Of a stretch of DNA of 64,000 nucleotides, positions 1 through 12,569 are shown in pieces. Each line of letters starts with the position of its first letter. The first letter of the stretch is position 1. The notes below the pieces were generated by a model. That model ran no database searches and was not told where the DNA came from. It saw only the letters and a program-made list of their open reading frames with translations. The DNA is from Octopus vulgaris (lineage: Eukaryota), in assembly GCA_951406725.2 (NCBI GenBank), contig OX597818.1, positions 127,906,001-127,970,000 of the forward strand, in the 5' to 3' direction. The translations under genes were made by a program, and so were the position numbers.

Positions 1-1818
1 CAGGGTCCCCCCGATCCCTTATCTGGTGGGCAATGAGGAAACTAGGGATAGATGAATGGTTAGTGAGAGCTGTGCGGGCCATGTATAGGGACGCCGCTAG
101 TAGGGTGAGGGTTGGAAATGTGTACAGTGAAGAATTCCGGGTAGAGGTAGGAGTCCACCAAGGCTCAGTACTCAGCCCCCTCCTATTTATCATAGTCCTC
201 CAGGCAATAACGGAGGAATTCAAGACAGGATGCCCTTGGGAGCTCCTCTATGCTGATGACCTTGCTCTAATTGCTGAGTCGCTATCAGAACTGGAGGAGA
301 AGTTTCAGGTGTGGAAACAAGGATTAGAATCGAAGGGCCTCAGAGTCAATCTAGCTAAAACCAAAGTCGTAATCAGTAGGAAGGTAGACAAATCACAAAC
401 ACCTTCAGGTAGATGGCCCTGCTCAATCTGTAGAAAAGGTGTAGGTAGAAACTCTATAAGATGCACCAAGTGTAAGCTATGGACACATAAGAGATGCAGC
501 AATGTCAAAGGAAGGCTAACTAGGAAGATGGTTTTTGTATGTGGCAGATGCTCAGGAACAATAAACACTGAAAATGCTCTGAGACCAACTTCCGTCACTT
601 TCCAGGGAGAAAAACTAGAAATAGTTGATAGTTTCCATTACCTAGGTGACCAAGTCAGCAGCGGGGGCGGGTGTGCTGAAAGTGTAACTGCTAGAGTAAG
701 AATAGCTTGGGCAAAGTTCAGAGAGCTCTTACCTCTGCTGGTGACAAAAGGCCTCTCGCACAGAGTGAAAGGCAGACTGTATGATGCGTGTGTACGAACA
801 GCCATGCTACATGGCAGTGAAACATGGGCCGTGACTGCTGAGGATATGCGTAAGCTCGCTAGAAATGAAGCCAGTATGCTCCGATGGATGTGTAATGCCG
901 GTACTCACACTCGGCAGAGTGTAAGTACCTTGAGAGAAAAGCTGGACCTAAGAAGCATCAGTTGTGGTGTGCAAGAGAGACGTTTGCGCTGGTATGGTCA
1001 TGTGGCGAGAATGGATGAAGATAGTTGTGTGAAAAAGTGCCACACCCTAGCGGTTGAGGGAACCTGTGGAAGAGGCAGACCCAGGAAAACCTGGGACGAG
1101 GTGGTGAAGCACGACCTTCGAACTTTAGGTCTCACTGAGGAAATGACTAGAGACCGAGACCTCTGGAAGTGTGCTGTGCGCGAGAAGACCCGGCAGGACA
1201 AGTGAGTCCATAACCCGTGGCCTTCTACATGGGATGGAGCCGGCCTACGTATGCATACCTTCCCTTGTTGGGACACAAAACTCTACTTGTGAAGACGTGT
1301 TGAGGCAAGTGAGGATCAGAATCGAAATCGATCAATGGAAATTGCGGATGTGCTACCAGTGCCGGTGGCATGTCAAAACTCTGCTTGTGAAGACCCGTTG
1401 AGGCAAGTGAGGATCAGAATCGAAATCGATCAATGGAAATCGATCAATGGAAATTGCAGATGTGTTACCAGTGCCGGTGGCATGTAAGAGAACTTTCCGT
1501 TTCGCGACCGTTGCCAGCACCGCCCCGTTTCGTGTCCGTTGCCAGCCTCGCCTGGCCCTCGTGCCGGTGGCACATAAAAAGCACCATCCGTTCGTGGCCG
1601 TTTGCCAGCTCTGTCTGGCACCAGTGCGGGTGGCACATAAAAAGCACCCACTACACTCACGGAGTGGTTGGCGTTAGGAAGGGCATCCAGCCGTAGAAAC
1701 ACTGCCAGATTTGACTGGGCCTGATGAAGCCTTCTGGCTTCACAGACCCCAGTAGAACTGTCCAACCCATGCTAGCATGGAAAACGGACGCTAAACGATG
1801 ATGATGATGATGATGATG
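1..1818 (+). mobile_element. RTE-type non-LTR retrotransposon, 3' part (RT ORF 33-1205, 3' UTR, (GAT)n tail); cut by the window start; probably in a BBS2 intron
   Basis: ORF has GVHQGSVLSP, LLYADD, FHYLG, RLRWYGHV and RGRPRKTW motifs plus a C4HC3 finger. It ends in ...ggacgctaaac(gat)n. The C-run at 7-12 has one more C than the copy at 38 kb, giving a frameshift upstream of the ORF. Confidence 0.92.
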
Positions 1819-2725
1819 CACGGGCGCTTTTATGTGAAACCAGCATGCATGCTTTTTACGTGGCACCAACATAGGACTCTTGCAGGTCAATCGTCTTCAC
1901 TCGGGGAAGCAGCCTTTCTTCAAAGTTATTCTTAAACATGAAACGTCTTTTGTAAAACATTGTCAGTAACCACCCTCTTCTCTCATCATCATCATCATCA
2001 TTTTTGTTGTCATCGTTGTCATCATCATCATCTTCATCACTTTACATATGCTTTCCTAGCTGTATGTCTATGGGAGCTTCTACTCCCATAGACTGATACT
2101 CACACCTATCATTTGACCTGGTTTCTATGGCTAAATGCCTTTTCTTTCACCAACCAATTTACAGAGTATACTGGCTGCATTTTTGTTTTTGTGGCATCAA
2201 CATATTTTTCATATGTTCATTTTACATTAATTTTTCCATGCTAGCATGGGTTAGATGAATATATATTATTGAGGTATTGTTTAACAGTCAGATGCCCTTT
2301 CGGTCACTAACTCTTACCTGTATTTCATGGAAAAGATACCACTTGAGAGCTTAAAAAAATCTGCTGCAAAACAGGACTTAAGGGAACACACAACCCTACG
2401 CTTTCTCTGCTTATTTACCATCCACTTTACAATATGCAATGGGTGCAATTTTTGCAGTACTAGCTGTGGAGATGAAGTTTCACCCACCAATCAATATAAG
2501 AGAAGTGTGAAAGGAGTCCTGTCATATAGAATGAGTACAGGAATGGATAACATTTTTTTTTATTACATTTGTATTGCTCTTATCTTTTTGCTACCAATTT
2601 GCTCAAGACCATTCTTGGCTCTTCAGTATAAACTTCCTGTTTTAAAGTGATCTAAATTTAAAATTTCACTTTAAAATTTAATTCTAATTTGTTCTAAACT
2701 TTAGCTTTATAACAGTAACATTATT

Positions 2726-2817
2726 TTACTATATTCTTAATGGTGCATGGCTAAGTGGTTAGGGTATTCAGCTGAATACCCTAACCACTTAGCCATGCAC
2801 CATTAAGAATATAGTAA
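2726..2817. repeat. Perfect 92-bp palindrome with no spacer
   Basis: ttactatattcttaatggtgcatggctaagtggttagggtattcag is followed directly by its exact reverse complement. Centre at 2771/2772. Confidence 0.95.
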
Positions 2818-2930
2818 TGGAGCTTTAGGTGTTTTCGCTCAATAAACACTCACAACGCCTGGTCTGGAAATCGAAACCGCGATCCTACGACCACGAGTCC
2901 ACTGCCCTAACCACTGGGCCATTGCGCCTC
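2818..2930 (-). mobile_element. tRNA-derived SINE family C, 5' head only
   Basis: Reverse complement matches the head at 51185 (ggcgcaatggcccagtggttagggcag...ggtttcgatt). Confidence 0.8.
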
Positions 2931-3043
2931 ATCATCATAACCAACGGAATGCTAGTGAGTTATTTCTAAAAGTAATTGAAATAAAGAGCGTGTGTTTCAA
3001 CTGAAATGTGATAACAAAAAAGTTTTAAAATATTTATTTGCAG

Positions 3044-3151
3044 CCACCCAGCTAATGATAACCCGTGTTCTGAAGTATGTATGATCATAGTTCAACCAAA
3101 AGATACACCAGTTGATCTCCACATGAAAGTTTTTGTTGGTTACAGAAATTG
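3044..3151 (+). CDS. BBS2: BBS2 (BBSome subunit) internal coding exon
   Basis: Splice sites ttgcag|...|gtaagt. Encodes [35 protein letters not shown], matching BBS2 PPKDVPVDLHLKAFVGYR. Phase is compatible with the next exon. Confidence 0.93.
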
Positions 3152-5601
3152 GTAAGTGTATTTTCTGTTTGCAGCATAACCCTTATCTAATCACATATGC
3201 TCTCTGTGAATCAGAGAGTGTATGTGACCCAGGCACACTGAGCCTGACGGTAAGGCACAGCCATTTTGGCCTTGCCTATTTGGTGTTGCTGATACAATGC
3301 TGAACTTTATTTTGTCACCATTTTGTACCTAAGACCATTTGGCATTGCGAAAAAATGCATTTTTTCGTTTGTTTGTTTTTTTTTCTTTTTCTCAAGTGGC
3401 AACTAACTTGTAATCACAACTACTCAGTTACTCAACCACTAAACTTTATTTAGCTTCCTGCTTCACTTTATGTATATGAAGGCTGGTGAAATATTGATAA
3501 AGTGTAGAAAAGAAAAAAATTTCACCACCTCTAATCCCACTGCCCTCTTTCCATCTCTCTTTCTCCCTCTCTCCCTCTCTATCTGTCTGTCTGTCTGTCT
3601 ATCTATCTCTTTATCTATCTGTCTCTTTATCTAGCTGTCTCTCTATCTATCTATCAATCAATTTTTTTTTTCCTCTTCCCCTTTTTCCCCTCTTTTCTTC
3701 TTTTTTCATTTCTCTTTTCTTTTGTTCCTTTTCCTTTTCTTTTTTTTTTCTTTTTTTTTTTTTTTTTTTTTTGTTCTTTTCTTCCCTTTTATGATCCCTC
3801 TTGATCGAAAACCTACGCCACCCCCTTTTTTTTTTCATCTCACAAAAGAAAAGCTCTACCTTGTATCTTGTCCCATCTGTGTGCAGCCCTGTGTGGCCAA
3901 TAAAGAAACTTATCTATCAATCAATTAATCAATCATGTGTATGTGCATATGTGTATATGTTTGCCTCCAGTATCAAAAAGTACAGCCACCAAAAAAGTCA
4001 TTGACAAAACAAGCTCAATGACCAATCAGCTGTAGATGGAAGCTGAAACAAACCCATCGCGCACACGCATGTGTGTGCACGCATCATGCACGCCTGCTTG
4101 TCTTCATGGTTGTAAATGACTGTCACCACTCTGCAAGTGATGTCTTTCATTTCCAATCATTCATAGACAAATATTACCAGGAATTTTAATTGACAGTGGG
4201 TTGGTAAAATGATTAGCATGTCAATCAAATTACCTTGTAGTATTTGTTCTGATTCTGTACAATTTGAGTTCCAATCCCTCCAAGCTCAACTTTACTTTTT
4301 GTCCTTCAACTTTGACAAAATAAAGTAACAGTTAGGTCAGTTTAATTATCTAACTCTCTCCCCACAAAATTGCTGACCTTGTACCTGAATTAGAAATCTT
4401 TATTAGTAATTCCAATAAAAAGTGTCAAATATTTCTATGTTTATATAAATGGTGAGGTGGCATGTTCCCATCTCACCCAATATTTATTCCAAACTAGCAG
4501 CAGTATTCAGCCTTGTCCAGTTTTATTAATACATAAAAAGAAACATAATCATATGAATTTGCTATATTTTGATTAAATTGCTTTAAAAAGATGCTGTCTT
4601 CAGTTGGTTTGGAATATTGATTTATTCAGAATTGCTGAATCCAAACAGTTTAGAAGGGGATTCAAGTAGAACTTCATAAAAATGACCCCATCATCATCAT
4701 CAACATTTAACATCCATTTTCCATGCTGGCATGGGTTGGACTGCTTGACAGGAACTGGCAAGGCCAGAGGCCACACTGGATTCCATAGTTTGTTTTGGCT
4801 TGGTTTCCAAAGCTAGATGCCCTTCCTAATGCCAGCCACTCCATAAAGTGTACTGGGTTCTTTCTACACGGCACCATCACCAGTGCTTCTTACATAGCAC
4901 CAGCACCAGTGTGTTTCTTATGTGGTGCCAGCACCCATACCAATGCTTTTTACATAGCACTTTATTTTTAGGATCTCAGTTCTGTTGTGGTGGGCAAGTC
5001 TTCTTGAGTACAGCAATGCACCACATATCTCAGTCCTCTGTCATCTCCTTTGTAAGGTTCAGCATTTTGAGATCAGCCTTCAATACTTTGTACCATGTCT
5101 TCCTGGGTCTCCTGCTTCCACATATTCCCTCCACTTTAAGTGATCAGCACTTAGAGAGAGAGAAAGATAGGACCTAAAGTCACATAGTTTATGAGCTTGT
5201 CCTTGAAAGGATGTGCCTTTATGCAAAATTTCTGCTATTTAGGTGCAAAACTGTTGCCTACTGGTTAGACAATCAGTTTTAAATATCAATCCTTTAACAT
5301 TTAAATTGGCCATATCTATTCCAAATATTGTACCTATGTTCAAACTGTTGTATTATATTCTAACTGGCCAGATCTAACCTTCCACACCTACGCTCCAATG
5401 TAAGTCTAAAAATAAACAATCACATCATCAAAATCTCAAAGCTACAGGATAATACATGCATTACTTCAAAGCACTATGAATAAATAAGTATTACATTTGA
5501 CAGAGAAATCTGAATACTAAAAGGTTAAGATATTTTATTACTATGTCATGAATGTGATATTTTTACTATTGAAGATTTTATCATTTTGTTAATTTTTACA
5601 G

Positions 5602-5731
5602 CATGCAGTTTCATGTCTTCGAGATAACTCACACAATCCCCAGATTTGTTATGTATGTCAAAAGTGAAATGTCTTCTGTGGAAGAACCCGAAGGCTATGT
5701 GAAGTTTACAGTCAGTGAAAGAGCTCAAAGA
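5602..5731 (+). CDS. BBS2: BBS2 internal coding exon
   Basis: tttacag|...|gtaagt. Encodes (C)MQFHVFEITHTIPRFVMY...FTVSERAQR, matching QFHVFE..RQLPRFSMY...ERAQR. Confidence 0.95.
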
Positions 5732-6506
5732 GTAAGTATGAAAATTGTTCTCCATGCTCTCTAATCCTTATTCCTTTGTTGTTGTTGTTGTTGTTGTGTT
5801 GGAACTCCCACCTCCACTGACATTGGCAGTAGTGTTGTTTTGTTGTTGTTTAACCACTGGTCAGCACAAAGCACTCCTATGTGTGAAAGATGTGCCAGCT
5901 GTCATAATCTTGTGTTTTTAGAACCAGTGTGTGTCTTTTTTTTCTTTTTAAGAAGGTTATGGTATGATATGATAGAGATTTCACTGATATTTCTAGTCGA
6001 CTAAATCACCCATAGAGACCTCTGACCTACTGACTGAAAAGACAAGAAAAAAAAACATTTGATTTGCTACTTAATTCCAACTTAAACGTCTTTGCTGTAT
6101 TTTTTTTTTTTTTATTCTAAGTTCAGTACTCTTTCAATATAATTTTGCCTTTCCTCTATCTGAAATCAGTACGCCATATCTTCTGACATACAAGTTGAAT
6201 TTTTCAGGCCAAAATTTACAGCCAAAAACATGTAGGTTGACTTCTACACTTTTGCTATAACTTTTTGGAGGACCAAAACTTCCATGTGAAATACAGTAGG
6301 ATTTGTAAAGATAGTGACAATGTTTGAATGTTTACACTACATGTTCACTACATATCATGTCGACTTGTATGTCAGAAAATGTGGTAATATAAATGATATT
6401 CTGGGAGTTGTTTCATTCAACATTAACCGGCTTTTAAGAAGAAAAATAAGGCAAATCTATATTATGTATTTATATCTGTTGTAATGTAGTTTATCCATCT
6501 TTTCAG

Positions 6507-6635
6507 GTGTGTATTTGGATGAACCAAAATTTTCTGCTAGAACAGTCACTGGATCCTGATAATACCATAAATGTTGCCTTCATATCATTACGAGATAACA
6601 AGCCTCTGATAATCATCATGGATCAATCCAAACAG
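6507..6635 (+). CDS. BBS2: BBS2 internal coding exon
   Basis: tttcag|...|gtatac. Encodes VCIWMNQNFLLEQSLDPDNTINVAFISLRDNKPLIIIMDQSKQ, phase 0/0. Confidence 0.93.
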
Positions 6636-6758
6636 GTATACCTTTCATACTGTCAACAGAGAGTTTTTAAATCTTAATCACAATAAAAGGTTGGCTGGCC
6701 ATATATAGGTAATATGTGTGTGTGTGTGCGTGTGTATGCATATATTTATGCATATATA

Positions 6759-6991
6759 AAGGTGGCGAGCTGGCAGAAACGTTATCCCGCCGGGCGAAAT
6801 GCGTAGCCGTATTTCGTCTGCCGTTACGTTCTGAGTTCAAATTCCGCCGAGGTCGACTTTACCTTTCATCCTTTCAGGGTCGATAAATTAAGTACCAGTT
6901 ACGCACTGGGGTCGATGTAATCGACTTAATCCGTTTGTCTGTCCTTGTTTGTCCCCTCTCTGTTTAGCCCCTTGTGGGCAATAAAGAAATA
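6759..6991 (+). mobile_element. tRNA-derived SINE family A (MetaSINE-like central domain), full length
   Basis: Head aaggtggcgagctggcagaa, B-box gagttcaaatt, central gtcgactttacctttcatcctttcagggtcgataaattaagtaccag resembling the Meta domain. Other copies at 15540-15767(-), 30364-30560(+), 32365-32598(+) and 59930-60163(-). Confidence 0.85.
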
Positions 6992-7119
6992 TATATTTAT
7001 GTATGTGCTTTCATAAAGCCCCTCTTGTGGTTACATATGTCTGATGTGTCCTTTCTTACTTAGTTTCTTAATATCACCATCACTAGCAGTGCCATTGCAA
7101 CTACCATCTCCACCACCAC

Positions 7120-7151
<32 letters not shown>

Positions 7152-7437
7152 CTATTGTTTCAGGTCTTTTTTTTCTTTTATTTTCTTCGTTCTTTCTTTC
7201 TTTCTTAAAAAATTGCTTGTAAGGTTTGAATGGTTCCATTTCTGCACATGTATTTCACATCTTATTGGGATTGTCTTATTGTCTGTTAATGATTATAATA
7301 ATTTTCCAGGCAGTTACCATTATCTTTAGAGATGTCAGATCATTAATAGCCTTATTCTTAGTTTTGTTGCAGGACAATTTTGTTGTTGAAATTCTTACTT
7401 AGATTGCTAGCAAAAGAGCAATTCATATAAATAGAAT

Positions 7438-7489
<52 letters not shown>

Positions 7490-7493
<4 letters not shown>

Positions 7494-7782
7494 CGTGACC
7501 GACCAGGCTATCAGATGTTGTTACACATCGCTGGTCACAATGCTCTTCGCATTGTTTTAGCCTTCAAATGACGCCACCCCACTGGCTAAGCGAGCAGGCC
7601 AACAGAAGAAAGAGTGAGAGAAAGTTGTGGCGAAAGAGTACAGCAAGGATCGCCACCACCCCCTGCCGGAGCTTTAGGTGTTTTCGCTCAATAAACACTC
7701 ACAACGCCCGGTCTGGGAATCGAAACCGCGATCCTACGACCACGAGTCCGCTGCCCTAACCACTAGGCCATTGCACCTCCAC
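7490..7782 (-). mobile_element. SINE with family C tRNA head and a different body, inserted in (TA)n
   Basis: Head matches 51185-51290. The 3' body differs. Both flanks are (TA)n. Confidence 0.75.
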
Positions 7783-8033
7783 ATATATATATATATTATA
7801 ATAATATTAGGGAGTAAATCCAAACTTACAGGGAAAAATTAGATTTAGGCTTAAATCTAATTTTACAGTATAAATATATATATCAAATTAGAGATAAAAC
7901 CACTATTAGGCAAATCAAACAGTGAAAAACAGGACAAGAACGCAAAACATTAGAAAACGATACAAAAAACACGGACGAGATATTCGAAGTCTTCAATCTT
8001 CAGTCAAGAACTGGATCATCCTCACAATTTCGG

Positions 8034-8096
<63 letters not shown>

Positions 8097-8168
8097 TATG
8101 AGGTTACTCTGGGTTTCATGTCCATGAAGTACTGAGCTTTATAGCATTTCTTCTATGTATATAAAGTT

Positions 8169-8703
8169 AATATAAACAGCCAGGTGCTATGTCACACCAT
8201 AAAGAAAAAATGCAATCATCACTAAGTGTGACTAAGGGTGCCAAAGCATCTACATGGGTACAGATAAGAGTTAGAATACTCTTTATGTTGTAGGAAGAGT
8301 GCAACTATATATACATATGCTGACAGGGGAGCTAACTGCCCTGTGACCATTTCGAGGCCTAGTTTCACCTATGACTGCAGGCATCGTCAGTGGTGACTGC
8401 TCAAGCAGCACGTGATTGGCTAATTCTGTCTGCCAGCATATATATCTACTATAAAATTTATGAGTAATTTACCAAAATGCTAATGTGTATACTTCAAATT
8501 AATGTAAACAACCAGGTGCAATGTGATACCATAAAGGAAAAATACAATCGCCACTAATTGTGACGAAGGTTACCTCCCCTGTCAGCATATGTATACATTA
8601 GCGCACTTCCTACAACATTCAGAGTGATTTAGCTCTTTATTTCTTGCAATGTAGGTGCCTCGGCACATTTAGTCACACTTAGTGACGCTTAGTGATGATT
8701 GCA
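8169..8703. repeat. Diverged element with about 130-bp inverted arms (8211-8338 / 8568-8703) and an overlapping 70-bp direct repeat (8169-8238 / 8501-8570)
   Basis: catatgctgacagggga pairs with tcccctgtcagcatatg. tgttgtaggaag pairs with cttcctacaaca. Confidence 0.7.
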
Positions 8704-9653
8704 TATATGTGTGTGTATATATATATACATATATACACTAGCATATATACACCCCTCAGGAAGGCCAGTGGAAGGCTCTTCATTGGGCCTTGGGCCTAAC
8801 AGTAACACTTAATGCATTGAGTACATGTTGAATTTTATTGAACTTGGCCAATATTTTTTATGTGATGAAGAATTTTCATCTAAACAACACTATAATTTGT
8901 CGACTTGGTTTTTTTGTCTTCCCATTCAGGGGTCTATACAATTTTTTTTTTCTGTTTAGCCTCTTTCTTTCTCTCTGTCTTTCTGTTGATTGTTTTCAGC
9001 CATCACCATCACCACCACCATCGCCACCACAACTGCCATACACACACACCATTCAGACTTCTGACGCCACCATCATCAATACCTTTGACTTCGCTGCCTT
9101 CCCCTCCGCCACCATCTTTACCGTCACCTCCACTTCTATCACAACTACAGCTTATCCAATTACTATTACCCCATTACCATCACAACCATAAATCTGCTAC
9201 TGCTTCTATGCCTACTGTTACTCTCACCCTAATATGAGCAATAGTAGGAGTGTCAATGAATAATGAGAGAGGGGTCAATGTGTGACACACTGACACACAG
9301 AAATTAGTTTTCACATTTATTGTATATAAATATATATATATATATCAAATAAGATAAGATACAGATTCTCAACAGATAAGATATTCTCTGATGAAATATT
9401 TGCTAAAAATTGTAATAGAATATCCTGTCTGTTGAAAATCTGTATTTTTGCAACTGAAGATGGGACTATTTTTCAAATTGATGTAATGCTTGAATTGTTC
9501 GATTAAATGGAGCCACCTGAAACAGCCATATTGCATTAATACCTTGACATCCTTGTTACTTATTTGATTTTTATTCACCTTACTTCGAGCTATGCAGATA
9601 ATACTAGACTGACTTGGTACCTCAAAATAAGTACCTAATTCAAATGAATCTTA

Positions 9654-9684
<31 letters not shown>

Positions 9685-9985
9685 CACTGGCTGCGAATGA
9701 TCCGTGTATCTTGTTTTTGTCCTGTTTGTCGTGCTATCATCTATTTTTCCACATGTTGTGTTTTGTTGGTTTCCGTTTGTTGTGTTCTTTCTGTTCTACC
9801 TTTGATATATATATATAACACCAAATAAGTAAGGGGTTGTGGATCCAACCCTCTAAGGGATAATACTTATCCAATATACTGTTGGTATAATACCCAAATT
9901 ATTAATACACAAGTGTTTTTAATTGCAATGCAATGAACTCATTGTATTAAATGGGTGAAGGTAAAGAAATATTTTACCATTAATT

Positions 9986-10449
9986 TATATTGCAAATAAG
10001 AAAATGGAGAAACACATTAGTTGGTTCATCAGCTTTAGGATATTAGAATGTTGTCTTATTTAATTAATAAAACTACAACCTGTACGTGTATCCTGTTTCA
10101 TGTATATATTTATACTTTGAAAGTACTTTATAATCTCTGACGAGGCCTATGGATATATATAAGTACCCCATTTTTAACTGCCTACAACCTCAATATAATT
10201 GACAAGTATAGGCACTGAAAATTGCTTTTTTCCATAGGCTGAAACAGCTGTAAGTGATTTTAATGATTCTAACAATTTATATTAATGTTTTTTTTTAATA
10301 GCTATTTGTATTTTTATCTTAATTGTATTGAATTTTATAATGTATATATGTATGTTATTATGGTTGTAGTTTTGTTAATTAAATAAGACAACATTCTAAT
10401 ATCCTAAAGCTGATAAATCAACTAATGTGTTTCTCCATTTTCTTATTTG

Positions 10450-10456
<7 letters not shown>
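9986..10456. mobile_element. Probable Penelope-like element remnant: 95-bp inverted arms enclosing a hammerhead motif
   Basis: 9986-10080 is the reverse complement of 10362-10456. Hammerhead core lies at 10137-10252. A (TA)n tract follows. Confidence 0.6.
10132..10259 (+). ncRNA. Type I hammerhead ribozyme-like motif with long stem II
   Basis: CUGACGA-GGCCUAUGGA...UCCAUAGGCU-GAAACAGCUGUA. Stem III is the palindrome ACAGCUGU with a GUA site. Stem I is imperfect. Confidence 0.65.
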
Positions 10457-10501
<45 letters not shown>

Positions 10502-10801
10502 GCATATATATGTATGTGTGTAGCTTTTCATTCCCAAGATTGCTTTGGTCCAATAGTAGGATGCCTTTCATGTTTAGAAGAGTTGTGGGTTCAAGTCCCA
10601 TAGCTACCTTTGTCTTTTTCTATCCAAAGAGATTTTTAACCCAGTATTTACATGCTATTATTTATAGCTCTTCTGCTTCGAGATTCATCATTCTGGAAAA
10701 GAATTATTTCATATCCTGAAAGTTTCTAAATTTTTAAGACTTCAACAAAGTATGCATGTGTGTGTGTTAAAACTATCATTATGTTAAATTTGATTCTACA
10801 G

Positions 10802-10939
10802 ATTGTTATCAAGACTGATAATATGGATATTGCTGGAGACATTGTCCAATCTTTGACATCTTACCTCAAGATTGACGAACTCAACGTTACAGCTCATTTC
10901 CCCAATGAATTGAAAATACTTAATTCTCTTATAGAAAAG
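10802..10939 (+). CDS. BBS2: BBS2 internal coding exon
   Basis: ctacag|...|gtaagt. Encodes IVIKTDNMDIAGDIVQSLTSYLKIDELNVTAHFPNELKILNSLIEK. Confidence 0.95.
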
Positions 10940-12456
10940 GTAAGTTTATCACATTTCTCCTATACAACAAGGAGAAGTTCCTGTACTTCTTTCCTACTTT
11001 AATCTTCCTACACTTAGCACAAAGCCACCTCCCTCAATACTGCACCCCCACTCTGTGAAAGGTCTTGTGTTGCAAGTTACTTGGTAACCCCACCAGTGTT
11101 GGTGCCATGAAAAGAAGCACCCAGTACATTCTGTTCAGTGGTTTGGATTAGGAAAGGCATCCAACTGTAGAAACCTTGCTAACACAGACACTGGAGACCA
11201 ACACCACCCTCAGGCTAGTCAGATCCTGTTGAACTGTCCAACCTATGCAAGCATGAAGCATGGACACTAACTGATGATGATGACAATCATTGATGGGGGA
11301 GGAATTTTTTTTCTGTATGTAGAGCATCAGGTAGCAGTTTGGTTCTTTAAAATGGCAGAGATTTTTAACCCTTTTGCTACCAGGCTTCATTGAGCTCACT
11401 TCTCATTCTGTATGACAAAACTACTTGTTTTAAAGTATTCATGTTTAAATTAAAACATTTTGACACAATTTTTATTTATGAAAATTTCTTTCAAGTTATG
11501 TTCCAAACTCCAGCCTAATAGTAACAAAGTTATTTGTTTTACTGAATCCCTCCAAGTTCTTGATTATTTTCAAAATTAATTGAAACACATATGTATTAGA
11601 AATATGGTCTCAAAAGGATTAAATATTGAATTGCTCTGAGTTCAATCCTGCTGTGTAGCATCATCCTAGGCAAGTATGTTTTGCTATTACTTCATGCTTT
11701 GTGAGTGAAATTGGCGGAATCTGTGAATGGAGTGCATGTGTAATTTAAAGGCCTGACTTCATCACATAACATGTCATACTGATTCTGCCTAAGGATAAAT
11801 TAAAGGCCCACATGAGGGTTTTGTTAAAGGCATAAATGTATAGAGATAAATGTTGGTTAATGAATTGATTTGTTTCACTGTTGGAACAATAAATAAAAAT
11901 GTTTAAAGTAGCAATGAAACCTTAAACAATTTTTCCCCACTTTCACCCACTGCCTCTTTTTTTCTTAAACTTTCATTACTGGAGCAACCTAGACACAAGA
12001 TACACAAACTGAAAGGCTGGTGTCTTAGACTCTTGTCCTTTTTTTCTTGCATATTTTATCTATCACTGCAAATTAAAAGGCTTTACATACGTGCATGAAA
12101 CAAGTAAAGCTACTATGTTGATGTGCATAATTCGTCAGTTTGAAGTTGTCACCCTTATCATATCATCATCATCATCAACAGTATCATCATAAGCAGTCAT
12201 GTACCACCAGTGATATAATTCACTGGTGTAAGCAGAAGTAGCATTGTAAAATTGATAATTGATTTGTTGGCTTGCAGCTCATAGTGCTAAGTTCAATTCT
12301 TCCAGTGGTAAATTATCTTCCTGGTAAAAACATCTCTCAGCAATGCAACATGCTATGGAAAAAAGATTTAAGTAAATTTTATTAGAGTGAGATATTTGTC
12401 GATAATCGTTATCATTAATTGTGATTGATTAATAAAAAATTTTTCTCATTTTATAG

Positions 12457-12569
12457 GTTGACTCTTTGAACAACTTGAGGCAGACTTTAAGTACTGATAT
12501 CGCTGATCATTCCAACCTAATCAGATCAATGGTGGTCCATGCTGAAGACTCAAGACTTATAGGAGACTA
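12457..12569 (+). CDS. BBS2: BBS2 internal coding exon
   Basis: ttatag|...|gttagt. Encodes VDSLNNLRQTLSTDIADHSNLIRSMVVHAEDSRLIGD, matching ADHSNLIRSLLVGAEDARL. Confidence 0.95.

Noticed and set aside
1690-1760. CTGATGA and GAAAC in the LINE tail as a hammerhead
   Set aside because: The stem after CTGATGA is not followed by GAAA, and other copies read ctgatgc.
7970-8040. Minus-strand CUGAAGA...CGAAU...GUC as a hammerhead
   Set aside because: Core incomplete (no GAAA) and stems not convincing.
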